From a virus, in the IMG/VR virus record IMGVR_UViG_3300046170_000391: 64,000 bases of DNA, one strand, 5' to 3'. The notes below the pieces were generated by a model. It searched no databases. It saw only the letters and a program-made list of their open reading frames with translations, and was not told the DNA's origin. The position numbers and the translations under genes were made by a program. Below, one piece after another: positions 29,932-39,286 of the stretch (its first letter is position 1; each line of letters starts with the position of its first letter).

Positions 29932-30612
29932 AAGGGAGTGAACTACGTTTGTCCACTCCCTCCACGAGCATTTAGATCGTGATGATCAATCAATAGGATC
30001 AACTCCGTGCCAGACAAGGTGTAAGGTGCGCTCCCCACATTGGCTTGTTGACTCTAGCTTGAGATTTTGCTTTCTCCTTGGTTGGATGCACGTTATTGTG
30101 CAATTCGTGTATAAAGTCGGAACTAAACACACTGACCTGTATGGAAGGCTAAACCCTTGGTTGTCTGGTTAGGCCAACCTAGAAGCCTCTTAGACACCGA
30201 CTACTCCGAATAGTCAGTACCCGTTTGATGATGATCTCTCATTTTAATGTCTTAACCCAAAGGTTCTACACCTCTATGAGAGTGATGACAGCCACCAGCC
30301 TCGCCTGTCACCGTGAAGGCACGATACACCGTGTGATTCCTTCCCCGACTCTCAGTTAGTTTATCCACACTGAGACACTGTGGCGGGGGTAGCTAACCCC
30401 CTTTACAGAGCAGAGCCTGGTTATATACCCAGGATGCAAGTTGGCGCTTGTAGTATCGAATTAACTGCATACCAACCGATGAGTTAAACTAAATACCCGA
30501 CCCTACCGAAGTAGTTTGTTACATAGTGCTACGCGCGCACAGCCTGGTATTTGTTTTTTCTACTCAGCCTTGCAACGCTTTACAGCCAACGGCACTGAGT
30601 AGATAGTAGTAG
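29932..30612 (-). ncRNA. Candidate large structured ncRNA A (about 680 nt)
   Basis: No ORF of 60 aa or more; GC-richer than flanks; many nested helices; ends in AGGGAGTG..CACTCCCT hairpin. Confidence 0.65.
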
Positions 30613-30615
30613 GTC

Positions 30616-30933
30616 TTAGTGCGCTACTACACCCATCAAACGAGTTAGTGCGTCTTTCGTTGCACCCTCGAACCCAGTAACATCAAAGCCTTGAGCTTCA
30701 ATATCACGCAGGATTTCTTTCTTAGAAGGGCCATCCTGCTTTGCGGCGGACTTTTTAGGAGATGCCACATATGCTCCCTCGCGAACGAGCTTGGAACGGA
30801 CAGAACGAACAGTTTTGTCCATTGATTCAGCAATCTGGTCAAGACCATCGTTGCCGAGTTCATTATACATTTCGATCATAGTATTGACCATTTCCGCAGT
30901 ATAATTTGCAGATTTTAGAGTAGCTTCAGCCAT
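30616..30933 (-). CDS. T5 A2-like DNA-binding protein, copy 3
   Basis: NYTAEM...RSVRSKLVREGAY...KKEIL...FEGATK; own TTGCTT..TATTAT promoter at about 31005-31036. Confidence 0.7.
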   Translation of the reverse strand: MAEATLKSANYTAEMVNTMIEMYNELGNDGLDQIAESMDKTVRSVRSKLVREGAYVASPKKSAAKQDGPSKKEILRDIEAQGFDVTGFEGATKDALTRLMGVVAH

Positions 30934-31044
30934 AATTCACCTCGATTAGCTCTGAAACGTGATGGCAATAGTCAGAGGCATTGCCGTTCCCTCATTCAAT
31001 AAATACATAATATCAAATAAATAACCTATAAGCAATTCAAAAAT

Positions 31045-31198
31045 CATGGGGAAGACTGTGTTCTCTACTAGCGAAGGTTGTTTTGAATGGTGCCTAGTGC
31101 TTAACACATCGTGGGCTTCTCTTGCGTTCGATACTGACAGGACTTCCCCTGAGACTTTGCGGAGGGTTCTTTAGAGTCGGTTATCCCTTACCTCAACG
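31045..31198 (-). ncRNA. Candidate small structured RNA B (about 150 nt)
   Basis: Own promoter at about 31207-31236; no RBS/ORF; GGGGAAG/CTTCCCC, TGTGTT/AACACA, ACTAG/CTAGT helices. Confidence 0.5.
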
Positions 31199-31254
31199 AC
31201 ATATAGATAATACGAAATATTTAAGTAAAAAGCAAACAGAATGTTTAGTTAGAT

Positions 31255-31742
31255 TCCAACACAGCCCCCACACCCGCCTGTTGAATGAGCCTTCTTCAAA
31301 CGAGTGAAAGAGATTGACTTTGACTACCCCCGTTGGTAGAAAAAGAACTCAATACCCAAAGCAAGACCCTTACCGTTTCGGGGAGCTACAACACGTCGCT
31401 GGTAGGCGACAGGCGACGGGAGCTCACCCAGAAAAAGGTGGGGATGTTTTTTACATCGTTTCCCCTTGCCCCTCAGAGCCGATGGCACGGTTGCGCGTTG
31501 TGCAATGCGCCTACTCTGGATATATTTACAAGCATCGAGTAGGTTTGGCTTGGGAGTCGCAAGTGGTGCCTCACTTACCTTATCGCGGTAAACGGCTTCT
31601 TTCACCCATGAGCGTGGGACAGATAAGTTACAGGCTGAGACGCTTTCCGTGACTCCGTTGGATCATTAACCGAATTTAACTTGCGCAGTGCTTTCCACAA
31701 GGGTAGCAGTACCTGCTCGGAGGATGATGCCTCAACTCATCT
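31255..31742 (-). ncRNA. Candidate large structured ncRNA C (about 490 nt)
   Basis: Own promoter (TTGCTC..TATTAT, about 31752-31780); GC-rich; near-continuous hairpins. Confidence 0.65.
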
Positions 31743-32065
31743 TGTATATACATAATATCGAAAAATTTAGAAAAGAGCAACAGCAAAGTGAAATTATTAA
31801 GAGTTGCTCGACTTATTTATTTATGGTTTTTAATCATCTCTTGGTAGCGCAAGACTACCTTCTCGTCTCTCAGGTGACAACCTGAAAAAAGCCATATAAA
31901 ACGTTCTTTCCAGTTTGCTTTGTGTGATATACCATTAGGTTCAATCACTTTAAGAGTAAAAAACTTGCTTATCATAGATTTGCTCCTTTTTCGTTCAAGA
32001 GATTAAATATATCTGAAATCAGAGCAGAAAGCAATTTTTAATTAAAAATGATTACAGTTCAATAA

Positions 32066-32863
32066 CTAATTTTCATCATTCCACCCACTTCTTCTGTAGT
32101 TTTGACGCTCTGGAATAGCAGGATTTAGGATGACCTCTTGATTTGTTTGAAAATTTTTATGAAAGCCTGAGCAGAAGAGTCTTAGTCTTTTAATATCTTT
32201 ATGATCTGTGTAGCCGATTGCCGTATATTTCTTGTTATCATAAGGTAAATGGTCAAATTTAGGCAAAGGTTTATTCAAATCTAATATAAAAGTCTCTACA
32301 TATAGATCTTCGACTTCTTCTGGAGTAATGTAAATATCGACAGTTCCATTTGAAAGTAATTTATTGACGTATTTTTGACCAGTAATTTCATATTGATAAA
32401 ATACTTCATCTAAGTAATGTGAATTAAATCTAAAAACAGAGTATGATTTTGACGTTGGAAATATCTGAACCATTCGTGATTGCCAATTATGAAGTGCGTA
32501 CGCAACTGAAGGAATCATCGGGACGGTATAAACTAGATCTTCAAAAAATATATAATCATACCCATCACGCGGTTTCATGTAATTGGCCTTGATAAAGTTG
32601 ACTTCAGGGTACTCCTGTTTACAAATATTCTCACAAACAGAGGATGCGTCCATACAATCTACATCAAGGCCAAGAGATAGTGCGTAATTGGTTAATCTAC
32701 CTACTCCGCCAGGCACAAAAAGTCCTTTTTTATTAATCCATTCATCTTTATAAGTATCAACAAAAGATTTTTGTAGTTCAAATAATCTTTTATTGTTAAC
32801 TTGAAAAGGCCCAGAATCAGTCATTGACGACTGATCACTAGGGTGAGTAATAATTCTCATCAA
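32066..32863 (-). CDS. Degenerate SAM-dependent methyltransferase-like protein
   Basis: PGGVGRL...VDCMDAS...YDYIF pattern. Confidence 0.4.
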   Translation of the reverse strand: MMRIITHPSDQSSMTDSGPFQVNNKRLFELQKSFVDTYKDEWINKKGLFVPGGVGRLTNYALSLGLDVDCMDASSVCENICKQEYPEVNFIKANYMKPRDGYDYIFFEDLVYTVPMIPSVAYALHNWQSRMVQIFPTSKSYSVFRFNSHYLDEVFYQYEITGQKYVNKLLSNGTVDIYITPEEVEDLYVETFILDLNKPLPKFDHLPYDNKKYTAIGYTDHKDIKRLRLFCSGFHKNFQTNQEVILNPAIPERQNYRRSGWNDEN

Positions 32864-33579
32864 GCAGCCTGTTTTAGCTGTACCATTTCATCAATGTCAA
32901 CGAACTGCATAGTCTCATTCTGACACAAACTATCAATCCACTCATTACGTTTTACTACTAACATAAAAGTATTTCTAGGAATTGAAGTGATATTTTGAGT
33001 TCCATGACCAGTGTGATCTGGATTGAAGATCAGAAACTGACCTTTTTGTAGATTAACAGTGACTTGTGAGTCAGCCGTCTTAAAATGGAACCAAGCCCCT
33101 CCGGGCATATCATTGAGTTGTACAAAAATACGAACTGTCTCACCATAGTCGGTGCCTTTAGTGTTATCAAAATCAGTATGAATAGGCATATGATGCCCAG
33201 GTTGTTGTTGAAAAATTCTAATACGAGATTTTTCACACTGGAACCAATCACATATAGCAGCTAGTTTTGGTGATGCAAAATATGAATCTGTATATGAAAA
33301 ATCGGATGGTACATCTTCTTTCCAAAAGTCATCACCTAGTGTGTCATGAAATGTAGACTCACCTGTGGCACTCTTGAATGAGTTGTACAGATAACCAGAG
33401 TGGATACCTTTATCATCATCCGATTGACGAATTGTTTCGTCTTGGCTCTCCTGAGTGCGAGGAGTATATTTTAGATTAGCGAGTTCATTATCCCAGTTAC
33501 CTGTGAAAATATATGAACTAGCATAAATGCCAGTTGAAGGATTATAACCTTCTGGCTCATATTGTTTTAATTCAGTCAT
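32860..33579 (-). CDS. 2OG-Fe(II)/cupin hydroxylase (AspH-like)
   Basis: QPG...HTD...HGT.N. Confidence 0.7.
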   Translation of the reverse strand: MTELKQYEPEGYNPSTGIYASSYIFTGNWDNELANLKYTPRTQESQDETIRQSDDDKGIHSGYLYNSFKSATGESTFHDTLGDDFWKEDVPSDFSYTDSYFASPKLAAICDWFQCEKSRIRIFQQQPGHHMPIHTDFDNTKGTDYGETVRIFVQLNDMPGGAWFHFKTADSQVTVNLQKGQFLIFNPDHTGHGTQNITSIPRNTFMLVVKRNEWIDSLCQNETMQFVDIDEMVQLKQAA

Positions 33580-33634
33580 TTTTCTCTCCTTTACTGAGTT
33601 TTCTCAGATTTTTATTATAACGTATTGTAAAAAA

Positions 33635-34174
33635 CTACGCTATATCCCAAATTCTAAATATTGTGTAGTCTTTACAACAATTTCTAATTAGTAATTCACC
33701 ACATATCTTTGTGGCTCCGTAAATATCTATAGGTTTTTCGCCGTTAAATTCATCAGCATAAACTCTACCACCATTCTTATTTGTGGGAATATTGATGATT
33801 TTATTTCTTAAGTGTCCTCGACTAGCTACATCAATCATTAAGCCAATATCTTCTCTGCTGACCCGACCAGGACTGTATTGTTCTTTTTTCCAAATAGCTT
33901 TTGTACTAGTGTAGATTATTCTCCTGTTAGAAAATGCAGAGACAATATTAGATAATCCTCTTACTTCAGTAGTCATCGTATCAATATCACGTCGAGGTTC
34001 TTCTTTTCTGCAAGCACGGGACAAAATTACAATGTTCTTTATGTGAGGGTGCCTATTTGCTAGTTTTTTCCACTCATCTTGTGACCATTCAAATCTACCA
34101 CTTAATGCATATCCATCAAGTTGATTAACTAAATGTTGACCTAGATAACTTGTAGCTCCAATGATACCAATCAT
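33635..34174 (-). CDS. NAD-dependent epimerase/SDR-like protein
   Basis: GIIGATSYLG, YTST, YGATK. Confidence 0.7.
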   Translation of the reverse strand: MIGIIGATSYLGQHLVNQLDGYALSGRFEWSQDEWKKLANRHPHIKNIVILSRACRKEEPRRDIDTMTTEVRGLSNIVSAFSNRRIIYTSTKAIWKKEQYSPGRVSREDIGLMIDVASRGHLRNKIINIPTNKNGGRVYADEFNGEKPIDIYGATKICGELLIRNCCKDYTIFRIWDIA

Positions 34175-34806
34175 TTTACAAACCCAGTCACGGTAAAAGT
34201 ATATTTTGGGTTAATACCTGCATTACCGCTAAGATGATATACTCCTTCTGGAATTTCAACAGCGTAACCAGAATCATATTTTGATACCATATTATCATGC
34301 ACTTGTAAAAAATGACCCCAATCCCAAGGAGTAATTGCTATGAACCAGCGAGTAATACTGCCATCACCATAACGATCTTTGAAGCCGTTATATGAGTCTG
34401 TATGAAGCGGAAGCATTTGTCCAGGATTGTATTGAAGTAGTCTAACCATGCTTGTTTCCGCATTAAGAGACATTTGATCAAACGCTTGAGTACCTATCAT
34501 AGATTTGAAAATAGTGTCGTTTTCTACTCCCCAGTTCCATTCTTGGGTATTATGTTCATTATAACCTGCCCATATAGACATTACTGATTGGCGCATTGAC
34601 TCATCAGATACAAAGGGTCTAATCGGCCCAATAGATTTATGAATAGCCGTATCTCTGTTCTGGTCAGCCCATTCAACAATTTGTTCCCACGACCAATCGA
34701 GATTAAGTTGAGTTTCTAAAGGACTTATCTCAAAATGATTGTCCAAAGAAACATTATGCTCATCTAAAAAAGTCTGATAATAATCTCTTTTTGCATAAAT
34801 ACTCAT
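34171..34806 (-). CDS. 2OG-Fe(II)/cupin hydroxylase
   Basis: PGQMLPLHTD...WDWGH...HLSGN. Confidence 0.7.
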   Translation of the reverse strand: MSIYAKRDYYQTFLDEHNVSLDNHFEISPLETQLNLDWSWEQIVEWADQNRDTAIHKSIGPIRPFVSDESMRQSVMSIWAGYNEHNTQEWNWGVENDTIFKSMIGTQAFDQMSLNAETSMVRLLQYNPGQMLPLHTDSYNGFKDRYGDGSITRWFIAITPWDWGHFLQVHDNMVSKYDSGYAVEIPEGVYHLSGNAGINPKYTFTVTGFVK

Positions 34807-35510
34807 CTTAGTTTACCACTCCAATGCATTGTAATTTTTGGTGTAACACCGCAATTAGCACTACCGTGATAAATACCCCCTAAAAGATCCCAAGTATCTC
34901 CTGCTTTCCAAGGTTGCATCACATGATTACCATAATGAAAAAAGTGACCCCAATCCCAATCAGAAACAAAAGTCATATATCTACGTAAACGAGAATAATC
35001 AGGATATTCCCCTGTCTTTCTCATATAAGACGAATAAGTATCAACATGACCAGGCATAGTCTGTCCAGCAGGTTGAACAAACAAACTCATGGTCATATCC
35101 TCAAGTGTATCTTCAAACATGGCTTTGAGAGGTTCAAAGAATCTTTCAAGTTCTTCATTAGCAAACTTAAAGTATCTAGTGTTGTGCTCATTGTAGTCAT
35201 TTTGAACCATCCACTGTTTGCAGGTATCAAATATCGGACAATGATTGACAGATTCATTAGCGTGCATAGCGTGACCATCTTTCCAGTGCCAATATTTTTG
35301 TGGAACTCTGATTTCGTTAGACTGGGCTATAGCCCAATTTCCTAACTCGGTCCAGTCTAAATGCTCAGAGTTGTACATGAAAGAATCACCATCATTATGG
35401 TTTTGTTCTTGAGCATTCCAATGCCAGGGTGATTGTTTAATAATTTCTTCAGGTATTGCGTCTTTTGGACTAATAGTAGAATCAATTCTTGCATTTATTG
35501 GATATGTCAT
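34803..35510 (-). CDS. 2OG-Fe(II)/cupin hydroxylase
   Basis: GQTMPGHVD...WDWGH...WKAGD..HGSAN. Confidence 0.7.
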   Translation of the reverse strand: MTYPINARIDSTISPKDAIPEEIIKQSPWHWNAQEQNHNDGDSFMYNSEHLDWTELGNWAIAQSNEIRVPQKYWHWKDGHAMHANESVNHCPIFDTCKQWMVQNDYNEHNTRYFKFANEELERFFEPLKAMFEDTLEDMTMSLFVQPAGQTMPGHVDTYSSYMRKTGEYPDYSRLRRYMTFVSDWDWGHFFHYGNHVMQPWKAGDTWDLLGGIYHGSANCGVTPKITMHWSGKLR

Positions 35511-36301
35511 TATACTCTTGCCCCACTAATACTACAAGTTAGCTTAAGCCTCATTCCCATATTAGTACTACAATGAGGTCTTGGGATAGGAAGATTGTAA
35601 ACCTCTCCACTTTTCCAGTTAGGAAAGTATGAATTTTCAATCTGTAATACGTGCCCCCAATGCCAATCACTAATCATAACAAGGTCTCTTACAATGGGGC
35701 CAAGATCACACACTTGTTCGTCAACCCTTGGGTTAAGGTGTTTATTATTTCTACACCAATTACCAAGATTGTCATGATGCCAAGGTAGAGTTTGTCCTGG
35801 AAGATATGCAAGTAATCTTACAAGTGCAGTATCATAGTCTATTTTCAAAATATTATCCCAAACACTTCTATCACCAATCAATCTTTTAATTTGTTCATTT
35901 GAATCTCCATAGAGTCCCCAGTTGTATTCAATAGTGTTTCGTGCATTATAACCACACTTCATGGGATAGTTACTAGTAAGTTCACTATCACCACTTCCAT
36001 GATAAGGTCTTCGTTCATAGTATTTTTTCTGACAAGTGTGTTTATTGTTAATCATGTAATGTATAAACTCTTGTTCATCAATATCTAAACGTGCATAGGG
36101 TTTAGCTTCGTAGGTCTCAGTCAGAGTGCTACCAATTTTAGTAGCCCATTCTTCGTAAGCACGATCAGGTCTTGTCTCAAGAAAATCCCATAACGTTAGT
36201 TCTGGCTGTTTAGCCATGACACTCTCTTTAATATAGTATTCAATATCTTTTGGTATCTCGCTATAGTCAGCATTAGTCTGACTAGGTGTTAATTTATCCA
36301 T
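35510..36301 (-). CDS. 2OG-Fe(II)/cupin hydroxylase
   Basis: PGQTLPWHHD...WHWGH...WKSG..HCSTN. Confidence 0.7.
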   Translation of the reverse strand: MDKLTPSQTNADYSEIPKDIEYYIKESVMAKQPELTLWDFLETRPDRAYEEWATKIGSTLTETYEAKPYARLDIDEQEFIHYMINNKHTCQKKYYERRPYHGSGDSELTSNYPMKCGYNARNTIEYNWGLYGDSNEQIKRLIGDRSVWDNILKIDYDTALVRLLAYLPGQTLPWHHDNLGNWCRNNKHLNPRVDEQVCDLGPIVRDLVMISDWHWGHVLQIENSYFPNWKSGEVYNLPIPRPHCSTNMGMRLKLTCSISGARV

Positions 36302-36926
36302 AAGTTACTCCTGTAATATTTAATGTGAATTGAGTCTTTAATCCAAAGTTTACTCCAAGATGTGGGATGCCCCAAGGAATTTCATATCCATCTCCTACTT
36401 GCCAATGAGAAAGAACTTTATCAGAGATCTGAAAAAAGTGTCCATCTTCCCAAGGAGAGACAGGAAACCAAAGTCTCTTAGCCTTTTCTTTGTGAGCGAG
36501 TGAAAATTTCTGTGTATATGTACTAGCATCGTCAAGGTGAATTGCAATACCGTGACCAGGAACTTTTACAATTAGTCTCATCAAAACAGTATCTGGTAAT
36601 AGATTAAGTTTTGCTAAATTACCGTATCCAAATATTTCTTTGAGTTGTTCATTAGTGTCACCATTATTTCCATATTTGAGTAAGAATGTATTGTGCCTAC
36701 CATACAAAAGATTCATATTATCCCTAACCCTAAGATTACCATCATCAGGATAGTGGTCTTTTTGCCTCTCCCAATCTTGATCTGCTAATTCAAAATAGTC
36801 TTCAGTAAAATCAATAAATGAATCAGAATATAAATTAAGAAAAGGTAATTTAATTAGATCAACAGGTACGTGATCATAATGAGGTACATTATAGTTTAAC
36901 AGGTACTGATATTCTTCTTTATTCAT
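36294..36926 (-). CDS. 2OG-Fe(II)/cupin hydroxylase
   Basis: PGH...HLD...WEDGH...WQVGD..HLGVN. Confidence 0.7.
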   Translation of the reverse strand: MNKEEYQYLLNYNVPHYDHVPVDLIKLPFLNLYSDSFIDFTEDYFELADQDWERQKDHYPDDGNLRVRDNMNLLYGRHNTFLLKYGNNGDTNEQLKEIFGYGNLAKLNLLPDTVLMRLIVKVPGHGIAIHLDDASTYTQKFSLAHKEKAKRLWFPVSPWEDGHFFQISDKVLSHWQVGDGYEIPWGIPHLGVNFGLKTQFTLNITGVTYG

Positions 36927-36927
36927 G

Positions 36928-37911
36928 CTACTCTCCTAAGTCTAGTTCAAAAAGCTTAAAACCTACATTAAGGTTAAGAACTGATTTTGTGTTAATTGTT
37001 GTACCAAGTAAAAACTTATATCTGTCTAGTAAGTCCTTATTAGGATCTTGGTTCATCATGGCTTTTGCCTTTAAAGTAGTAAAATTAATAGTTGAAGAAT
37101 TACGATCAGATTTTATCATAGACGGGTGTTCTTGAGCAACGGGAGTATCTCTTACAACTTCACGGGCTATATGTTTAGTATCACGAGTATCATTAGTGTG
37201 TTTAATATGATTTTTCATAATGTGACATTGTTTAGAATGTAATTTAGGTAAATCTGCTGAAGTAAAGAATAACTCTACATTTTTATGAACGTAGTCAGTC
37301 ACATTTGTTGTATCCCACTGTATATCATAATATCTATTACCAACCTTTTGAACACATGGAGAGAAATCACCATATATATTACAAAAATTACTACCTCTAA
37401 TTCTAGGAGCATACATTGTTCTGATATCTAAATTGTTTTTTCTTTCAAACCATTTATCATTAAGTATCTTTCTATACTCATCATAGCCAACATAATAAGT
37501 TGTAAACTTAGTTTTAGTTAAATGTAGAGATAACTTTTTAAGAAAGGGAAGTGTAAAAGTATTAAGTTCATAATTACCTAGATGATTAAAGTCATTAGTC
37601 AAAGATTGAGTGTAAACAACAATTTCATCTATGTGTATGTTACTTTTTAAAAAACCGTTTAATATAGTTGTAGTATCAGTACCACCACTAAACCATAATT
37701 TAATGTAGGGGTACTTATCTCTAATTTGTTTACATCTTTCGCCGACTAACTCATAAAATGATTCAGTAGGATTACGAGTAAAATCAAAGTTTGTAAAAGA
37801 TTCAGGCATCAATGTACAATTAATATCAAAGATATTGCTTCCAGCAGCTTCAATAGCTTTAAATTTCCTATCGTAATTAATACCTCTATATTCCCAAACT
37901 AGACCTTTCAT
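36928..37911 (-). CDS. PP-loop / asparagine-synthase-like protein
   Basis: LWFSGGTDT motif. Confidence 0.55.
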   Translation of the reverse strand: MKGLVWEYRGINYDRKFKAIEAAGSNIFDINCTLMPESFTNFDFTRNPTESFYELVGERCKQIRDKYPYIKLWFSGGTDTTTILNGFLKSNIHIDEIVVYTQSLTNDFNHLGNYELNTFTLPFLKKLSLHLTKTKFTTYYVGYDEYRKILNDKWFERKNNLDIRTMYAPRIRGSNFCNIYGDFSPCVQKVGNRYYDIQWDTTNVTDYVHKNVELFFTSADLPKLHSKQCHIMKNHIKHTNDTRDTKHIAREVVRDTPVAQEHPSMIKSDRNSSTINFTTLKAKAMMNQDPNKDLLDRYKFLLGTTINTKSVLNLNVGFKLFELDLGE

Positions 37912-38594
37912 TGAAGTTCAGCATTTCCAAAGAAAGATATGTCAGTAAATCCAGATATTTTAAGTATTGGACGATGGGAAAAAGATGCGTTAGCAGTTGA
38001 ATGAGGTTGACCTCTCCAATGAAAATCTATTACATCTCCTTTTTTCCAACCAGACCATTGCTTTTTTCCCATCTGGAACATCCACCCATCTTCCCAATCA
38101 GATAGTGCTACAAACAGACGACGTAGTTTAAGTCGGTGTTTGGGTTGACGATTTATAGTATCAAATGGCAGACTATGAAGAGATTCAAAATTCCTACAAA
38201 AAGTTCTCATATTGTCATAGTGTAAAACTTTTACAGTATTTGGCGGCTGTACGTTTACATCAGCTTGATATTCATCCTTAAAGCCTAAGAAATCAATAAC
38301 CTTTTGACAAAAATCGTCAGGGTAGTGCCTGTCATAACCATGAGTATAGTTGTGAGTTTCTAAACGTCCTCTCTCAGGATTCATCATAGCGGCTTGAGTA
38401 CCTACACGGAATTCGGTAGGGGGGATTAAATAAGTAAAATTATTACCAACATTACCTAAGTAAGTATAAGCACTTGTATCATAATCCCAGGTGATGGTAT
38501 TTTTCTCAATCTCTGCTTCATCATAGTTTTCACACAATGAAATAAAGTCAGAAACAGTATCGAGTGAGTTGTAAAGTTGTTTATAATCAACCAT
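37908..38594 (-). CDS. 2OG-Fe(II)/cupin hydroxylase
   Basis: HYD...WEDG...WKKGD..HSTAN. Confidence 0.7.
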   Translation of the reverse strand: MVDYKQLYNSLDTVSDFISLCENYDEAEIEKNTITWDYDTSAYTYLGNVGNNFTYLIPPTEFRVGTQAAMMNPERGRLETHNYTHGYDRHYPDDFCQKVIDFLGFKDEYQADVNVQPPNTVKVLHYDNMRTFCRNFESLHSLPFDTINRQPKHRLKLRRLFVALSDWEDGWMFQMGKKQWSGWKKGDVIDFHWRGQPHSTANASFSHRPILKISGFTDISFFGNAELQ

Positions 38595-38689
38595 AAATTA
38601 CGCCTTTGCAATAAATTTATGGAGAAATGCAAATATGAAAATGTAATAACGAGTACCTGCATACTCCAGTTATGTATTAATTATATTTA

Positions 38690-39286
38690 TTATTTTAACA
38701 GATGACCAGTAAAAACAATTAAAAATCTGTCATCTAGTCCAGCATTAACGAAACCATGCTCTACACCATTTGGTATTCTAAAAACATCGCCTTGTTTCCA
38801 AGAATTAAGAGCAAAGCCTTCTCCGTAAAAGATATGACCTAACTTACTGTCTTCTAAAGGTATCCATGCTCTCATAATACCTTTACCTATCTCTCTAGTT
38901 TCTTCCTCAGTGTATAAAGTTCCGTCTGGTTTCTTTTGTGATAAGAATGAGGGGTAAAAATCTACATGAGGAGGCTCAAAGTTTCCTGGCTTTGTCCACA
39001 CAACTTTTGCAACCCACTGTTTACTAACATCATAATTTAATTCTTCGAACCATTTGATAGGAAAATATCTTTTATCAGTAACATCTAGTCCAGCATTTAC
39101 ATTGTTATGCCAACCGTAGAATTTTTGGTATTGTTGTTCTTTTTCAGAGCGTGTAGGTAGTGCATAATCATTTAGAGCACTACTAACATGTTTTAGGTTA
39201 CCATAACCTACACTTTTCATATGTTCTAAAATATCCGCGTAAGGAAGATAATCATGAAAACCGAGATAAGGAAAACTCACAACCAT
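38690..39286 (-). CDS. 2OG-Fe(II)/cupin hydroxylase
   Basis: PG..PPHVD...WKQGD..HGFVN. Confidence 0.7.
   Translation of the reverse strand: MVVSFPYLGFHDYLPYADILEHMKSVGYGNLKHVSSALNDYALPTRSEKEQQYQKFYGWHNNVNAGLDVTDKRYFPIKWFEELNYDVSKQWVAKVVWTKPGNFEPPHVDFYPSFLSQKKPDGTLYTEEETREIGKGIMRAWIPLEDSKLGHIFYGEGFALNSWKQGDVFRIPNGVEHGFVNAGLDDRFLIVFTGHLLK

Noticed and set aside
30361-30369. DnaA box TTATCCACA as an origin
   Set aside because: Single copy, lying in a hairpin loop of candidate RNA A
31135-31155. RNase P or tmRNA identity for the ncRNAs
   Set aside because: GGGGAAGTCC only loosely resembles the P4 motif; no matching 3' strand, tRNA-like domain or tag peptide seen
31314-31652. ORFs 31314-31652, 31324-31605, 31333-31542
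   Set aside because: No RBS, atypical composition, overlap dense RNA helices
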